A DNA stretch of 52,030 nt, filler included, from Basidioascus undulatus (lineage: Eukaryota), in the NCBI GenBank assembly GCA_000826855.1. It is 3 parts of 3 records of this genome, joined end to end, with 100 filler letters (N's around TTAATTAATTAA, not from the genome) between each part and the next. Parts side by side here need not be neighbours in the genome. Positions count along the whole stretch, not along the records: positions 1 to 17,294 come from JTLS01000541.1; 2 more parts are not named here. One strand, given 5' to 3'. The translations under genes were made by a program, and so were the position numbers. The notes beneath the pieces are model-generated. The model searched no databases. It had not been told where the DNA came from and saw nothing but the letters and a program-made list of their open reading frames with translations. Of the stretch, positions 1 to 11,638 are shown piece by piece (position 1 is the stretch's first letter; the number at the start of each line of letters is the position of its first letter).

Positions 1-2
1 AG

Positions 3-1321
3 TGTACGATCCCTACGCACACTACAACACCTCATACTACCCACCACCGGCCGGTGCGCCGCCCGCGTATCGCTACCCTGCCCAGTACTACGCGCAGCAG
101 CAGAACTACCGGGAGTACTGCGTTCAGCAGGTGCGTGCCGCCAGCGTCGTCGACTTCCTTCATCCAGTCCGTTATTTCCCGCACGCGTGCTAATGCTTTC
201 AGCACCTCCCCCCCAGGCAGCAGCGCAGCAGCAGTACTACTCGCCCGAGACCCTCAGCAACGGTAACGCGCGCAGCGCCAGCGGCAGCACCTCCCCCGTC
301 GTTCCGCCGGGTGCAGCGCTCGCGACGCTCGACGACGCCGCGCCCAATGCGCGCCCGCCGTACAACTACAGCACCATCATACGCTTCGCGATCCTCAACT
401 CGCCGAACCGCCGTTTGACGCTGAGCGACTTGTACGAGGTCATGGAGTCCCGGTGAGCCGACAGCGTCTGTGTGGTTGGGAAGGGGCTGCGGCGCTGACA
501 AGCGAGGAGCCGGCCGACAGTTTCCCTTATTTCAAAACGGCTGGGAACGGGTGGAAGGTACGGCTGCTTGGCCGACTGGACGTTGTCGGGGGCTGGAAAT
601 GAAGAAGGTCCCCTGCACAAACAGAACTCGGTTCGCCACAACCTCTCGCTCAACAAGTGCTTCGAGAAGCAGCCGCGTCCGATCGTGCGTTGTCTTTCTT
701 TCATCCCTCCCATACGTCACCCCATTGTGACCTTCCCTACGCCTACCTCAACAGACCGAGCCTGGCAAAGGCTCGTACTGGACTGTGAACCTGTGCGTTC
801 CCCTCGCATCTCCCATTCTCAACCTGCTTTCCCTCTTCGCGCTGACACATGTGGGTCCTCGTCCAAACAGATCCGCCGAGGACGGCACTAAGCGCAAGCG
901 CACGCGCACCGCGTCCTCCGCCTCCGCGTCCCCGGCCAAGAAGGCGAAGACGTCCGCCTCTGCTTCCTCTTCCACCAAAGCGCCCTCCACCACCGCCTCC
1001 AAGAACTCCGCATCCACCAAGGCCTCCTCGCGCTCTACCAAACCGCTCCCCTCCCGCGCCGCCGTCGCCGCCGCCGCCACGAGCCCCACAGACTCCGCCT
1101 CGGATGCGTCGCCGCCCCCTTCCCCGAAGGGTGGGCGCAGCGACGACGTGGAGTCCGAGGATGAGCCTGAGGAGGAGGACGGGGACGAGTACGAGCCCGA
1201 GCCCGACGACGACGACGACGATGAGGGAGAGGCGGTGCGGGGATGGAACCTCCGCTCGGGCTACCCCTACGGGTATGGGGCGGCGCTGAAGGCGGAGGCT
1301 GCGGGGATGCGCAACATCTGA
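3..1321 (+). CDS. Forkhead-box transcription factor (multi-exon; 5' end outside window)
   Basis: Spliced translation gives [76 protein letters not shown], the forkhead signature. GT-AG introns at 131-202, 453-520, 558-624 and two more. Ser/Lys-rich then acidic tail; TGA ends at 1321. Confidence 0.93.
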
Positions 1322-2586
1322 AGGTGGTCGATCCTCTCCCTCGTGCTGCAGTTGCACCCTTTCTCCTCATATCCCACATCTCTCACCCGACCCGTCGTAC
1401 CCCAATCCCGAGCCCTTGCTGCCTCTCTCTCCACCCTCCCCCGGCACATATTTCCCCGGCCGACCCGGGGTCGTTTATCACTTATCGATTCGACTATGCT
1501 GGGTCCCCAGTCTTCGTTGTTCAATATTTTTTAGCTTCTGTCTATAACGTCACGGCCCCTTTTCGCCCCTTCCTGTACCCAGTGCGTCGTTCTCCCTCTT
1601 GTGTTTCTGTTCCAGCCGTTCGTTCGCTTTCACCATCGCCTAGTCTTTCCATTGCGTACTTCTTGGTCCTTCGCTTCGGCTTTGAAGATTCCTGTCCCCG
1701 TACTCGCATAGCATCGCACAGCGCAGTTGTTTTAGGTCGTAGTAGCTCGTTCGGTTTCGCCCGCTACCATTGTTAAGATGATACCGCTTCACGCACGTCC
1801 AGTGTCATGTATTCCTCGATTTGGCCTGCCTCTCTGGGCGCTGCATGTCCTGCCAAGGGTGCCTGCTGTAACTAAAAGACCACTGTCACCATCCAATGCA
1901 ACCTCAACAAACACCTGCCCCTCTGACCCACCCCATCGACGAGTAACAACTCTTGAAAGGCGAGCAGCAGCTCTTGAAGCTTGTGAACGTGCCGAGAGGG
2001 TCGATGCCGTGGTGTGACCTTGGTGGGGTGGCATAAAAAATGGAAATTTCAATTTGGATACACTGGTAAACGCTGGTGAGATGTCGTATCTTGAAGGTGT
2101 CGAATGTACGGAGACGTAGGCTGGAACCCCTTCTGAAAATTTGACACGCAATTGCAGCTACCACACAGCACGCCCATCAGCAGCAGAGAATCGGTATTGG
2201 TATATCTTAAAAATTATTGACCTCAACCCTTTTTAAAATTAAGCACGCACGTCGAAAACCTCTAAATATGCTGCCGTAAGTGTCGCCGACACGAAGGGGG
2301 CAACTGTTCAGAAAGCGGCTGTGCCCCTTCGCTGGCTGGCTTGTTGCTCGATGCGCCCCTTCCGAGGAAGTCACAACTTGTTGGTCATTCTCCTGCCATG
2401 TTGCTAAGGGTGGCTTTATTTTGGATGATCTTATCTTTCCAACAACAGAAAGCCAAACCGCCACGTCCCACCGACCGACCTCTCCCGCAACTTTCCTCTC
2501 ATATCGTCTTCCCTCTCACCTTCTCACCTCCACTGCCCCCACCCCTCAAATTAACTTCATTGACAAGTCGTCTCACGGCTTTCTCC

Positions 2587-3009
2587 ATGTCAGACGCCAA
2601 CCACGCCCGAGAGCCAAACACCTTTCGCAGCGCAACCTCCGCCATCTGCGCCTGGGCCGGGGCCTTCTCCTCTCTCCTCCTCCTCATCGGCACGGGCACT
2701 GTCCTTGCATCCAAGGAGGCGAAGTACAACGCCATACCGCATGCCGGCTTGGCTATCGGGCTTGCGCTCCTAGCGAGCGGCGGCGCGGGCGCGCTGGGCA
2801 GCGTGATCTGCTGGATTGTGTTTGGACGGAGAAAGAGGGGAGAAGGAGAGGAGGATGAGGAAGGGGATGAAGGAGGCAAGGGCCTGGGAGAGAAGGACGA
2901 GAAAGGTCGGGAGAAGTCAAAGTGGGAGAAGAGGGAGAAGAAGATTCGGAGTCGGAGGGAGTGGGACGAGGAGGAAGAGATCTGGCAGAGTGCTGGGAGG
3001 GGGATGTGA
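2587..3009 (+). CDS. Hypothetical small membrane protein (2 hydrophobic segments, charged C-terminal tail)
   Basis: ATG 2587 to TGA 3009, intronless. Hydrophobic stretches AICAWAGAFSSLLLLIGTG and LAIGLALLASGGAGALGSVICWIVF, then an E/K/R-rich tail; GC3-rich codons. Confidence 0.6.
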   Translation: MSDANHAREPNTFRSATSAICAWAGAFSSLLLLIGTGTVLASKEAKYNAIPHAGLAIGLALLASGGAGALGSVICWIVFGRRKRGEGEEDEEGDEGGKGLGEKDEKGREKSKWEKREKKIRSRREWDEEEEIWQSAGRGM

Positions 3010-3464
3010 GAGCGGAGGAGGAGGGAACACTCAGCGATTTCAGAACAAAGCAGACCGAGGGAATCAATAAGAGCATCATGCTATGAGTGAATAACTGCAT
3101 TCGTTTGCCAGTCCGTTTCACTCGAGAACAGCAGTCAAGACTGCTGAAGCACTGTCATTGTTACTGTCGCTGGACTGCCGGCTGTTCTACTTCGGTCTGC
3201 AAACGAGTTGGGTCGCCGACGATTGGTCGACGACTGCAGTATACCTATTTAATGCTGAGTTTATGCGGAGAACATCCAGGCAAGCCATATAACAACGACG
3301 CGTCCCTCAACGTCCCTCCCTTCGCCCCACCTCCTGTGCCTCCTCGCAACTAGTGGTTTTGTCTCCTCATGTGAGACCGGCTTGTCCTGCCCACCATTAC
3401 GCCCTCTATCCTGATCCGAACAAGCCTACGCGCGCGCTTGCCCTTCCCTACGCGTTCTATCGCC

Positions 3465-3705
3465 ATGAGCGCCTTCACCAAGCTTCCCGCCAATCCAGAA
3501 ATTGCTGTGTTGCGTTCGCTCTGCTTGCGCCTTCGCATTATCTCCTCGTTCACCTCAAGTTATCCTGACCAACTTTGTTCCTTTCACGCCTTTCCTCAGA
3601 TCGTTTCCGCTGCTTTTGAAGGCGGTCAGCCCCGCAAAGGCGTCAAGGCTGCTCCGCGCTATCTCATTGACGCAGGGCTTCCCACACAGCTCGAGGGCCT
3701 GGGCT
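3465..3705 (+). pseudogene. Arginase pseudogene, N-terminal fragment
   Basis: After an acceptor at 3599 the frame reads IVSAAFEGGQPRKGVKAAPRYLIDAGLPTQLEGLG, matching the arginase N-terminus (PFSGGQP..GV..GP..L..AGL...L..LG). Homology stops abruptly at about 3705. Confidence 0.8.
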
Positions 3706-4445
3706 CGCAACAGATTTCGCCTTAAGATGAGGAGAAACAAAGGACTGGGAGTCAGATACAAAGGACATACGCCTTCACGCGCCGTGCGCCCGCCACGCAC
3801 GGGAGCGCCTGTCGAGGGCGCAACGGTCGGGTCCAGAGCGTAGATATCGAATCTGGGGGGATTCACAAATTAGACACGCATCATGTTCTGGAAGCGAGAG
3901 AGGAAGGGACGACAGTGCGTACGATAGGTGAATAGCCCGGTTCCGCTCCAGGTTGACAGCGTCCAACGCCTTCTCGACAACCTGCGGAGACGCAAAACCA
4001 ATGGTAGATGTGAAGCGTTTACAGACAATATTATAGAGTTTGCATTTGATAGATGGCGAATGCAACGGATCAAGAAAGACGTACAGTGCCGATTCACCAT
4101 CGGTCAATGTCAGTCATGCTGAACTCCGCAATGCCCAGGTCCTTGATGATCTTCTTCTCGCTCCCTGTTGCATTCCCCAGCGTCCATTTCGACCCATAGT
4201 TTCGTCCGTTCTCAGTTGCCCAATTGGAAACGGGTGGAAGCTATGATGGGGGAACAACATGCCATTCAAGTTCTGCCGACCAATGTACTCCGACCGCTTG
4301 GGGTCCAAGACGGGCTGCAACAAAGAAAAAACAGACAGCAACGAAAAGAGGTGCGGAAGAAGGTACCAAAAATTCAGGAGGAGGGAGGGGACATGCCTTG
4401 ATAGTCAAACTGCACGCGGTCGATCTTCCTGCCCTCCAAGTTCTA
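3704..4445 (-). pseudogene. Arginase pseudogene, inverted C-terminal fragment
   Basis: Minus-strand exons: PVLDPKRSEYIGRQNLN / SEKKIIKDLGIAEFSMTDIDRW*IGT / VVEKALDAVNLERNRAIHLS / FDIYALDPTVAPSTGAPVRGGRTAREG / EICCE, i.e. the arginase IHLSFDVDALDP..APSTGTPVRGG.T.REG region. In-frame TGA at 4094-4096; metal-ligand DVD has become DIY. Confidence 0.85.
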
Positions 4446-4464
4446 CTCGGGAAATACTAGCGAA

Positions 4465-5032
4465 GTGGCATCTCTGGTCCTGAGCGCTGTGTCCCAGTCA
4501 TCAAGGAACAACGCTCGCGCTCTCGAGCGCTTTTGTTTATCCCCAACGTACTCGAAAAGATTGGAGGACGCCCTCATTGACCTGACGGGGAGTTTCATCA
4601 CCCTCAAAGAACTTGCATGCACGGAGATGCCTTTTCGCCCTCGTCTTCTTCCATTTGGGGGTTCGACAACGCTGGCATATCTGACGATGCAGGTGCGCTA
4701 CCTTGACAAGCCGGCTGTGGTCGATGTAATCCTCGGAATGCCATGCCTATCACACATTGCAGTGGCTGTGGGGCGGTCCTGGCATGCTGAACGCTCTCGC
4801 ATTGAGGATTTGAGCTGCCTTTCATGAGCAGCCCGGCTCTCCGACGAGTCATCTTTGTCCTTACTTCGACTGCCCCCTGGCTCAAAGCCGATTTTGAGCT
4901 GTTCCTAAACCCTATACTTGTCAAGCTCAAACGTGTGGCGTCATTGTTCTAGTGCCTGAGGAACATGACTTGTTTGACCAGCGTATTGCGGAGGGCACCA
5001 TTTGGGAGGTAGGGGCTGAGGGCGAGCATTGA
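4465..5032 (+). pseudogene. Degenerate fragment of a hypothetical gene
   Basis: Protein-like stretches (..MPCLSHIAVAV.., ..EEHDLFDQRIAEGTIWEVGAEGEH*) in shifting frames; no clear start and no family assigned. Confidence 0.25.
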
Positions 5033-5288
5033 CAGATGGCCGTATTCGCGGCCCACGCTTCGTATGCTCGCATTGTCTTCGCAGGATGGTATGGGCCCAG
5101 CATGCTTGTAGTGTGTGGTTCTGAGCCGGATTTTGGGAATGGTCTGTACAATGAACACATGATCTTGAAAACCGGGCTGGTGCTCGACTGGTAGACTCTT
5201 CCGATGCATCAGTTTGTGGTGGTAGCGACCGCTCACCTAACGAAACAAAGGTGGGCCTTGCATAACAAGGATACAGGGCAAAAAGAAA

Positions 5289-5370
5289 CTCTCTGGCCGG
5301 GAATTGAACCCGGGTCGCCCGCGGTCAGGTGAATGACAAGCGGATATACTAGCCACTATACTACCAAAGA
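5289..5370 (-). tRNA. tRNA-Asp(GTC) with a 10-nt intron
   Basis: Minus strand TCTTTGGTAGTATAGTGGCTAGTATATCCGCTTGTCA-ttcacctgac-CGCGGGCGACCCGGGTTCAATTCCCGGCCAGAGAG. Acceptor stem TCTTTGG/CCAGAGA, T-loop GTTCAATTC, anticodon at 5325-5327, intron 5314-5323 at the canonical 37/38 site, T-run Pol III terminator downstream. Confidence 0.96.
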
Positions 5371-5614
5371 CCTTCTGTTTGTTGACTAATATTATTATTC
5401 AATAGCAAAAAACCACGCCCAGACGCCAGGAAACCACGCTCTCTTTCAGGAATCAATTCCGAAATAGCTTGAATATCTGGTCGGTAACAAAGTCAAATGG
5501 GCACAAAACACTGGCGGACATAGTTGCCCTTCTGGCCAGCACTACTGCGACTGTTTGCACGATAGCCATCCCACACGGAGCCATCTATAAGTCGCAAACC
5601 CGTAAGAAAAAAGT

Positions 5615-7410
5615 CTACCACCCCCTCCTCACCTCCCCCTCCCAGCACTTTCTCCACCCCTCCCTGTTCTCGCCTGCCTTCCACCCCCACTCCTCCGCTT
5701 CCGCCCCCCCCTCCTTCCGTAGCAGCCCCCTCACGCCGAGCGTTACAGCCCCCTCGAGCACGCCATCCACGACGCCTGCGAGGCGGTCGCCCGTCTGCCC
5801 GAAGTCCGGGCACGCGTTGAACTCGAGGAGGTGCACTTGCAGGGAGTCGGCGATGGAGGCGGAGGAGGGGGGCAGGGAGAGGAGCAGGTCGACGCCGAAT
5901 ACTTCGAAGGCGTTCGGGAGAGTCTGTGGAGTGGCTTGATGAGCGACGGTTTGGCGAAGATGAGAGAAGAAAGAAGAAGACAAGCCTGGAAGTGCACGCT
6001 GCCCGACTCGCACCCGGCCCTGACCGCCTCCCCCACGACCTCGCCGGCCTTCTCGAACGCGCCCTCCAAATCCGCGCGCGTCAGCCGGGCGCCCCCCCGC
6101 CCAGCGATCTCGAGGCCCTCGAGCTCCCAGATATCGCGGACAAAGCGCTCGCGGTCCGCGTCCGGCCCTTGGAGGCACGTATTGGTCAGGTGGGCGGTGA
6201 GGTCCGGGGCGTCGTCGTCGTCGGAGGAGGGGGAGGTGTAGGGCGTGGAGGCGAAGAGGGCGAGGAGCCGGTGGAAGAGGTAGACTTTGACGGAGCCCTA
6301 AAGGGAGGAGGGGTTAGCGCGAAGGGAAAGGGAAGAGTGTAAATATGAGGGGCAAGGAGAAGAGACCCACTACAACGAGGACGTATGCGCGGAGGTGGAA
6401 CTTATGGGGGGTTGGGGGGGAGGAGGCGTCGGACGATGGGAGGAGGAGGAGGAGCGGGTGGGTGATATACTCCTGTCGAGTTCGAGCGAAGGCGGTGAAT
6501 ACCCATGGAGCTGAAACCTGCCTTGGGACAGTATGTAAAAATTGGGTTACGCACCTGAATTACAAAATGCCTCAGCTGACTCGTCGCAACAGCGGTCGCG
6601 GCCCTCTCTTGCTCGTCTCCCTCTCTCTCCTCGTCCTCGCCCTCTTCATCGCTGCTCTCCTCCTCAAACTCCTCAAAGATCTCCCTCAGCCCTTCCTCAT
6701 CTTTGAACATTCTGATCCCCTGTCCGCGGTCAGCCCTGCATCCCCACCAAGTCAGTTCCAGCTCCCATTTCACCCTTCGCGGTACCTTCCCACTCACATG
6801 GCGGGCTTCAAGATGAACCATCTCTCCTCCTCGCCCTCCCGCTCCTCAGACATGAGCTGGGCAAGATCATACAGATCGTCCATGAACGCCTCGTCGAGGT
6901 CGTCGGCGTAGCGGAGCTCGATCGCCCATGAGCGGGGGACGGCGGCGACGAGGGGCGAGCGCGGGGCGGGGGTGGAGGACAGGGCGGTGCGGTGGGCGTA
7001 CTTTGCCAGGTAGGTCGATACGGTGTTAATGAGATAGTTCTTGCGTACGAGAGCCTGGGGAAAGTCTATGTTGGATTGAGGTTCTTGGCAGGCGGGCGAC
7101 ATGAGATTGGACGCACCTTGCGGAAGCAGTACGAGGACGCTATGCAGTGTGCGGAGTGCTGCATAAGCCAGCCGAACTCGATCAGGTCATCTGTGAAAAT
7201 GTTCAGTACTTCAATTCGTCGATAATAAAAATGGGGAAAAACAGCGCAGACGGACTGACAGTCTGCGAACTGGATGTCTACGGGATCAGTCGGCTGCTCG
7301 GTCACGATCCTGGCCTCAGGCAGGTGTTTCGCGAACGCGCGAAGGAGAGCCTGCTGAGTGTACTCGGAAGGGAACGACACAAATGCGGCGAGCTCGGTAT
7401 TGGCGGACAT
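5615..7410 (-). CDS. Tubulin-tyrosine ligase family (ATP-grasp, Pby1-like TTL domain) protein
   Basis: Spliced motifs SSYCFRKALVRKNYL, WFILKPAMADRGQGIRMF, LRHFVIQEYI, HKFHLRAYVL, HLTNTCLQ, NAFEVFGVDLL, LLEFNACPDFGQTG. Confidence 0.9.
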
Positions 7411-7566
7411 TGTGCTGGAATGGACGAGCGAAACAAAGAAGCAAGAAAAGGAAGACGCGGAGGAGCAGGCGCCGGGCGTGGGAAAATAGGCGGCGGGTGA
7501 ATGCCGCCTCGCCAGTTCCGTCCCCCTTGCCCACCTACCACCACCGTACATTCTCTATTTTCCAGT
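7411..7566. promoter_or_regulatory. Probable bidirectional promoter between the TTL-like and dienelactone hydrolase genes
   Basis: Divergent start codons (7410 minus, 7567 plus) are only 156 bp apart. Confidence 0.5.
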
Positions 7567-8999
7567 ATGCTCATGAAAGAATCCCACGTCGACCTGCCTA
7601 CGTCGACGACACCAATTCGGGTCTTTATCATCGAGCCGAACCTGCCCGATTACCCGGAGGCCAAGTTCCCGGCGGTCGTCGTATGGTGGGTTCCTTACCC
7701 TGCTGCTCCAGCTGGACGCCCAAGGATCGGACACCTTTTTCACATAGATATAAGAGTACAGGAGCGAGATATATAATGCCACCGGCCCGGTTCTGAGGTT
7801 TGCATCGCAAATCGCGAGCCAAGGTTACATCGTTGCATGCCCGACGGTGGGTTTCCCCGCATACTTCGGCCGGTGGCCACCGCTGAACCTGACCTGTCTA
7901 CTAATATCACATCTATTTCAGGTCTTCCACGAATTCACCTCCCCCGATCCCTTGCCGTACGACACGGCCGGAACGGACGATGGAAACCGATACAAGGCTG
8001 AGAAGAAGCTGGGGGCTTACGACGAGGTGCCGTCTCTTCGTTCTCTTCTCCGGAGATATTCCCTTTTCAGAAAAGGTCCTGAACTTCCTATTTGATGATG
8101 CCAGGACGCCAAGGTCACAATCGACCACCTCCTCTCGCTCCCGAACTGCACCGGTCGCATCGGGACGACCGGGATGTGCCTGGGAGGGCACCTCGCTTTC
8201 CGAGTAAGCTTTGTCCCACTTTCCTCTCTGATATAACATCCCCGCTTGCTCACTCGACTACGCTTCTGCCTTGCCCCTGCCAGACCGCCTTCGACCCCCG
8301 GATCTCCTCCGCGACCTGCTTCTTCGCGACCGACATGTGCGTACCTGCCTTCCTTACCCTCTAGGACCGCCGTGCTCACCCTTTGGAACTGCAAAATTTA
8401 GTCATCAATCCTCCCTCGGTACTGCCACTCCCAACGACGTGCACTCGCTCGATCGCGTGCGGTGCGGAGACCTCCAGCACGCGGAGGTGCTCATGATCTT
8501 CGGGAAGCAGGTGGGTCCAGACTTCCTTCTCTTTCTTTCTCGCTTCGCCGGATTTCAAAACAAACTGATCGGTTTCTTGTACTCGGTTTGACAGGACACC
8601 CACGTCCCCCGCGAGGGCCGCGACCTGATCCGCAAGACGCTGGAAGACGCCGACGTGACCGCCTCAGTAAGTCCCATCCAGCCCACTCTCCCTTGAAAAA
8701 TTCCTTACAACCACATTTCCGCCTTACCGCCTATCCCAGTTCTTTGAGTGCCAAGCCCAGCACGCCTTCATCCGCGACACTTCCTCGAAGGGGCGGTACG
8801 ACGCGGCGCTCACGCGGGAGTGCTTTGGCCTGTGCGTCTATTCATCCCTCCCTGTCCACTCCTGTACGACACGGTGCAGCAGAACTGATTGAAGCGGAGG
8901 CGATGGGACGACAGGATGATGGAGCTCTTCAACCGCACGATCGCGCGGAACCTCGGGCCGCGCCGCAAGGTCAAGGGCGAGGTCGAGCATGTTTGCTGA
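7567..8999 (+). CDS. Dienelactone hydrolase family protein
   Basis: Spliced: PAVVVWSEIYNATGPVLRFA..GYIVACP, nucleophile motif TGMCLGGHLAF, MIFGKQDTHVP, AQHAFIRD; ends EHVC* at 8999. Confidence 0.92.
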
Positions 9000-9339
9000 C
9001 CGTTGGGCGGGCTTCGCCGCGCACTTCGGTCAATCTGATTTGCTATGAAACGCACAATTTCCCAGAGGTCTGTAGCCGGCAATGCGTGCCATCGAGTAGT
9101 GAAGTGGCTGGCATTTATGCAATGCGCGAAACAAGCAATAGGCTGGAGTCAAAAAATGCATGCGAGGCGGATGCGAGGTATCAAAAGGTCCGCGGTGGGC
9201 AGTCTGTCGCAGAGGGAAACAGGGCCGATGATAAAGTGGAGAAGAGATTGAGAATCAGGGAACGTGGCCCGCAAGATGCCCGAGCTGGAGGAAAACGATG
9301 ATTACTGCGCTGCGTCCCTGCCCTTCAGCGCAGAGTAGC

Positions 9340-10535
9340 TCAGTAGGAGACGGCGGCGCAGAGCGCTCTGGCGATTCCGCCAGAAGGCTGGGAAGGAAGC
9401 TCCTGCAACGCCCCGTCCTCCTGTTCTCCTCGTACGACCTGGTCAAAGATCACGTCTGCGCCGCTCTCGTGGAAGACTCTCGCCAGAGCAAGGTGGAGAG
9501 TGCACAGGCGGACGTCGGGGGGAGGGATAGGGGACGAAGCGGCACAGAAGTGGAGAGGCTTGTCGTCGGGAAGGTCGAAGATAGCAGTGGGCACGTTATA
9601 GATATCACCAACCTGCCAGCGATGTACGCTTTCGTCATCGCTCTGGGATGTGGGCAAAGCGTCCGGGAGGGCGAGGGACCGACTTGACGAGGTGGTACGA
9701 GTACCCTGAGCCACAAGCAAGCGGGCGAGCATCAATGCTGTATTGAAACCGTACCAGCACGCCAGATCGACGTGGAGGTCACCACGTTCGCCGCGGTGGC
9801 GATGGCATTCCCCGTAAGCAGAGCGGGAAGGGAGTCGTCGCCCAAGAAGCACGCGAGCATGTCGATAACGGCAGGCTACAGTCGAAAATGGACCTTATTC
9901 AGCTACAGTCACCCGCTCAGCGCAAGAAACCGTTTTTACCTTGTCGTGCAACAAGAACGGGAGGAGCAGAGCAGACTCGAGATAATCGTGCGGATCAGAG
10001 CGCGGAAAGCGCTCGGTGTCGTGCGTTCCAGTGAAGATGCAGATGTGCTAATTACGCGCTCGACTGTCTGCTTCAGCGGTTGAAATCATCGAGAGGTAGA
10101 AGTCGGAAGACAACGCGGAGACGGAAGGAGGGTGGTCGTCCGGACGCGCCGTTTTGAGCGCCTCAACTCGAACTGCACCAAGAGTCGATAAACGCCCTAG
10201 TCTCTCGAAGGGCGCTCGGGCATTGAGAGAATACTCACTGGTGTACAGCATGTCCATTCAAGTACTCATCCGTTCCACCCACTGAGGGCCTCGAAGAGGC
10301 TCGCACTGCCCTCGATAACGGCGACAGCCGTCTGAACGGGCAAGGTCAAGATGTTGGCCTTGTCGACGGCGCTGTCGTTGACACTCTGCAGACTATCGAT
10401 CAGTTCCGAAGCCAGCCCAGACGCTCCAGGCGCGTGGTGGAGCAGAGCGAGCTTCACAGCGTCCACCTGCGCGCTCTCAATGTGAGCTATTTGAATCCGA
10501 GCGCGACGGTTCGAGAGCTCGTCAAGAATCTCCAC
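9340..10535 (-). pseudogene. Fungal HNH-endonuclease-domain (HNH_2-like) pseudogene
   Basis: ARN*HICIFTGTHD...LESALLLPF resembles RD...C..TG...LEAAHIIPF; the C-terminal IPPPDVRLCTLHLALARVFHESGA is typical of this family. TAG at 10048-10050, a frameshift just upstream of it and another near 9778; the conserved His reads Leu. Boundaries approximate. Confidence 0.7.
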
Positions 10536-11578
10536 TAAGCGTCGAGAGGGGACAACGCGGTAGGGTCAATTGAAAGGACAGACAACATAGCGAAGCGGAA
10601 AGGTCAGCAGGATTCGGGGATGATGGCGGTTGAGAGGAGAGAAGGAATGTCTCGACGTGCGGGCCGCGTACAGGGGTGTTACCGGTCTGTTGTCCGCATG
10701 CCATCGTCAAACTGAACCAATCTTCAGTATAATCTTCTTGTTGTGTTTTTTCTCTTCGGTCTCATGCTTAGCAACGCAAATTGCTCAACAAGGGTTTGCC
10801 GGCTGCGATGGGTGAAGTGGACCGTGGAAGACGTGAGGGACGCTTCTGCGGGTCCAAACGATGTGAAAGGGAGCGAAATGATACACCAAGCTATTTTAAA
10901 AGTTAAAGTGCTGGTTGACTGGAAGCGCGAAGCTCGTGGTAATTCCAGGCAGAGAGGTCCTACCGACTTTCGCAGCTGCATGGGTCTCAATGATCTTCGT
11001 TTATCTCCAAGTCCCATACTGAAACACAGAAATCCCAAAAATTTGAATGGTCAATTGCCGGTGAATGTTCGCCCTCTGACGAGCTGCTCCGAGCAACTGC
11101 CATATGAACGGACAGCCTCGACTCAGCGGGGTCCGCTCGCTTGCGCTGCACAGAAACCTTCTTTGTCGAGCACTGAAGATAAGCGCTACAAAGGGAACTC
11201 AAGGAAACATGTTCAAATCCAGGCGGTCATCCGAGCTTAGAATGCTGGCAGCTTTAGTCATATCGTCGTTCCATCGCTGTCTCACAACCATTGCCGGAGG
11301 TGTAGGTAACTGTCGGCAGAGTGAAATTTCGACAGTCGAGACATAGTTGTTCTGGCGAGGGTGTATTCAGATGAGTATGAAATCGAGGATTTCTTATTAT
11401 AACACTGGACGTGAAACGCGAAAGCTCAAGAAGGAACTGCGGCGGATGCGAACCCGAAAAAGGGGAAAGGAGGAATGTTGCGCATTATGATTATACAACC
11501 GTGGGTACAAGGTATGTGGGGGTATTCAGTACAGTATTAGGGAAGTATTAAGATTTCTAAATGGGAGAGAATAAATAA

Positions 11579-11620
11579 GGTGCTATGGAACGAGAAACCG
11601 GTGCTATGGAACGAGAAAGC
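11579..11620. repeat. 21-bp direct duplication
   Basis: GGTGCTATGGAACGAGAAA(C/G)C x2. Confidence 0.85.
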
Positions 11621-11638
11621 GAAGTGGACATGGGACGA

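Noticed and set aside
743..1379. Long overlapping antisense and alternate-frame ORFs over the forkhead tail (likewise over RPS3, SMC6, HSF, MPP6-like)
   Set aside because: Shadow ORFs expected from high-GC coding DNA; Arg/Gly/Pro-rich with no motifs.
3340..4460. CTAG sites flanking the arginase fragments as Helitron ends
   Set aside because: No subterminal hairpin and no Rep/helicase sequence; CTAG alone is uninformative.
10560..11400. Coding-like intergenic stretch
   Set aside because: Multiple stops and no recognisable motif.
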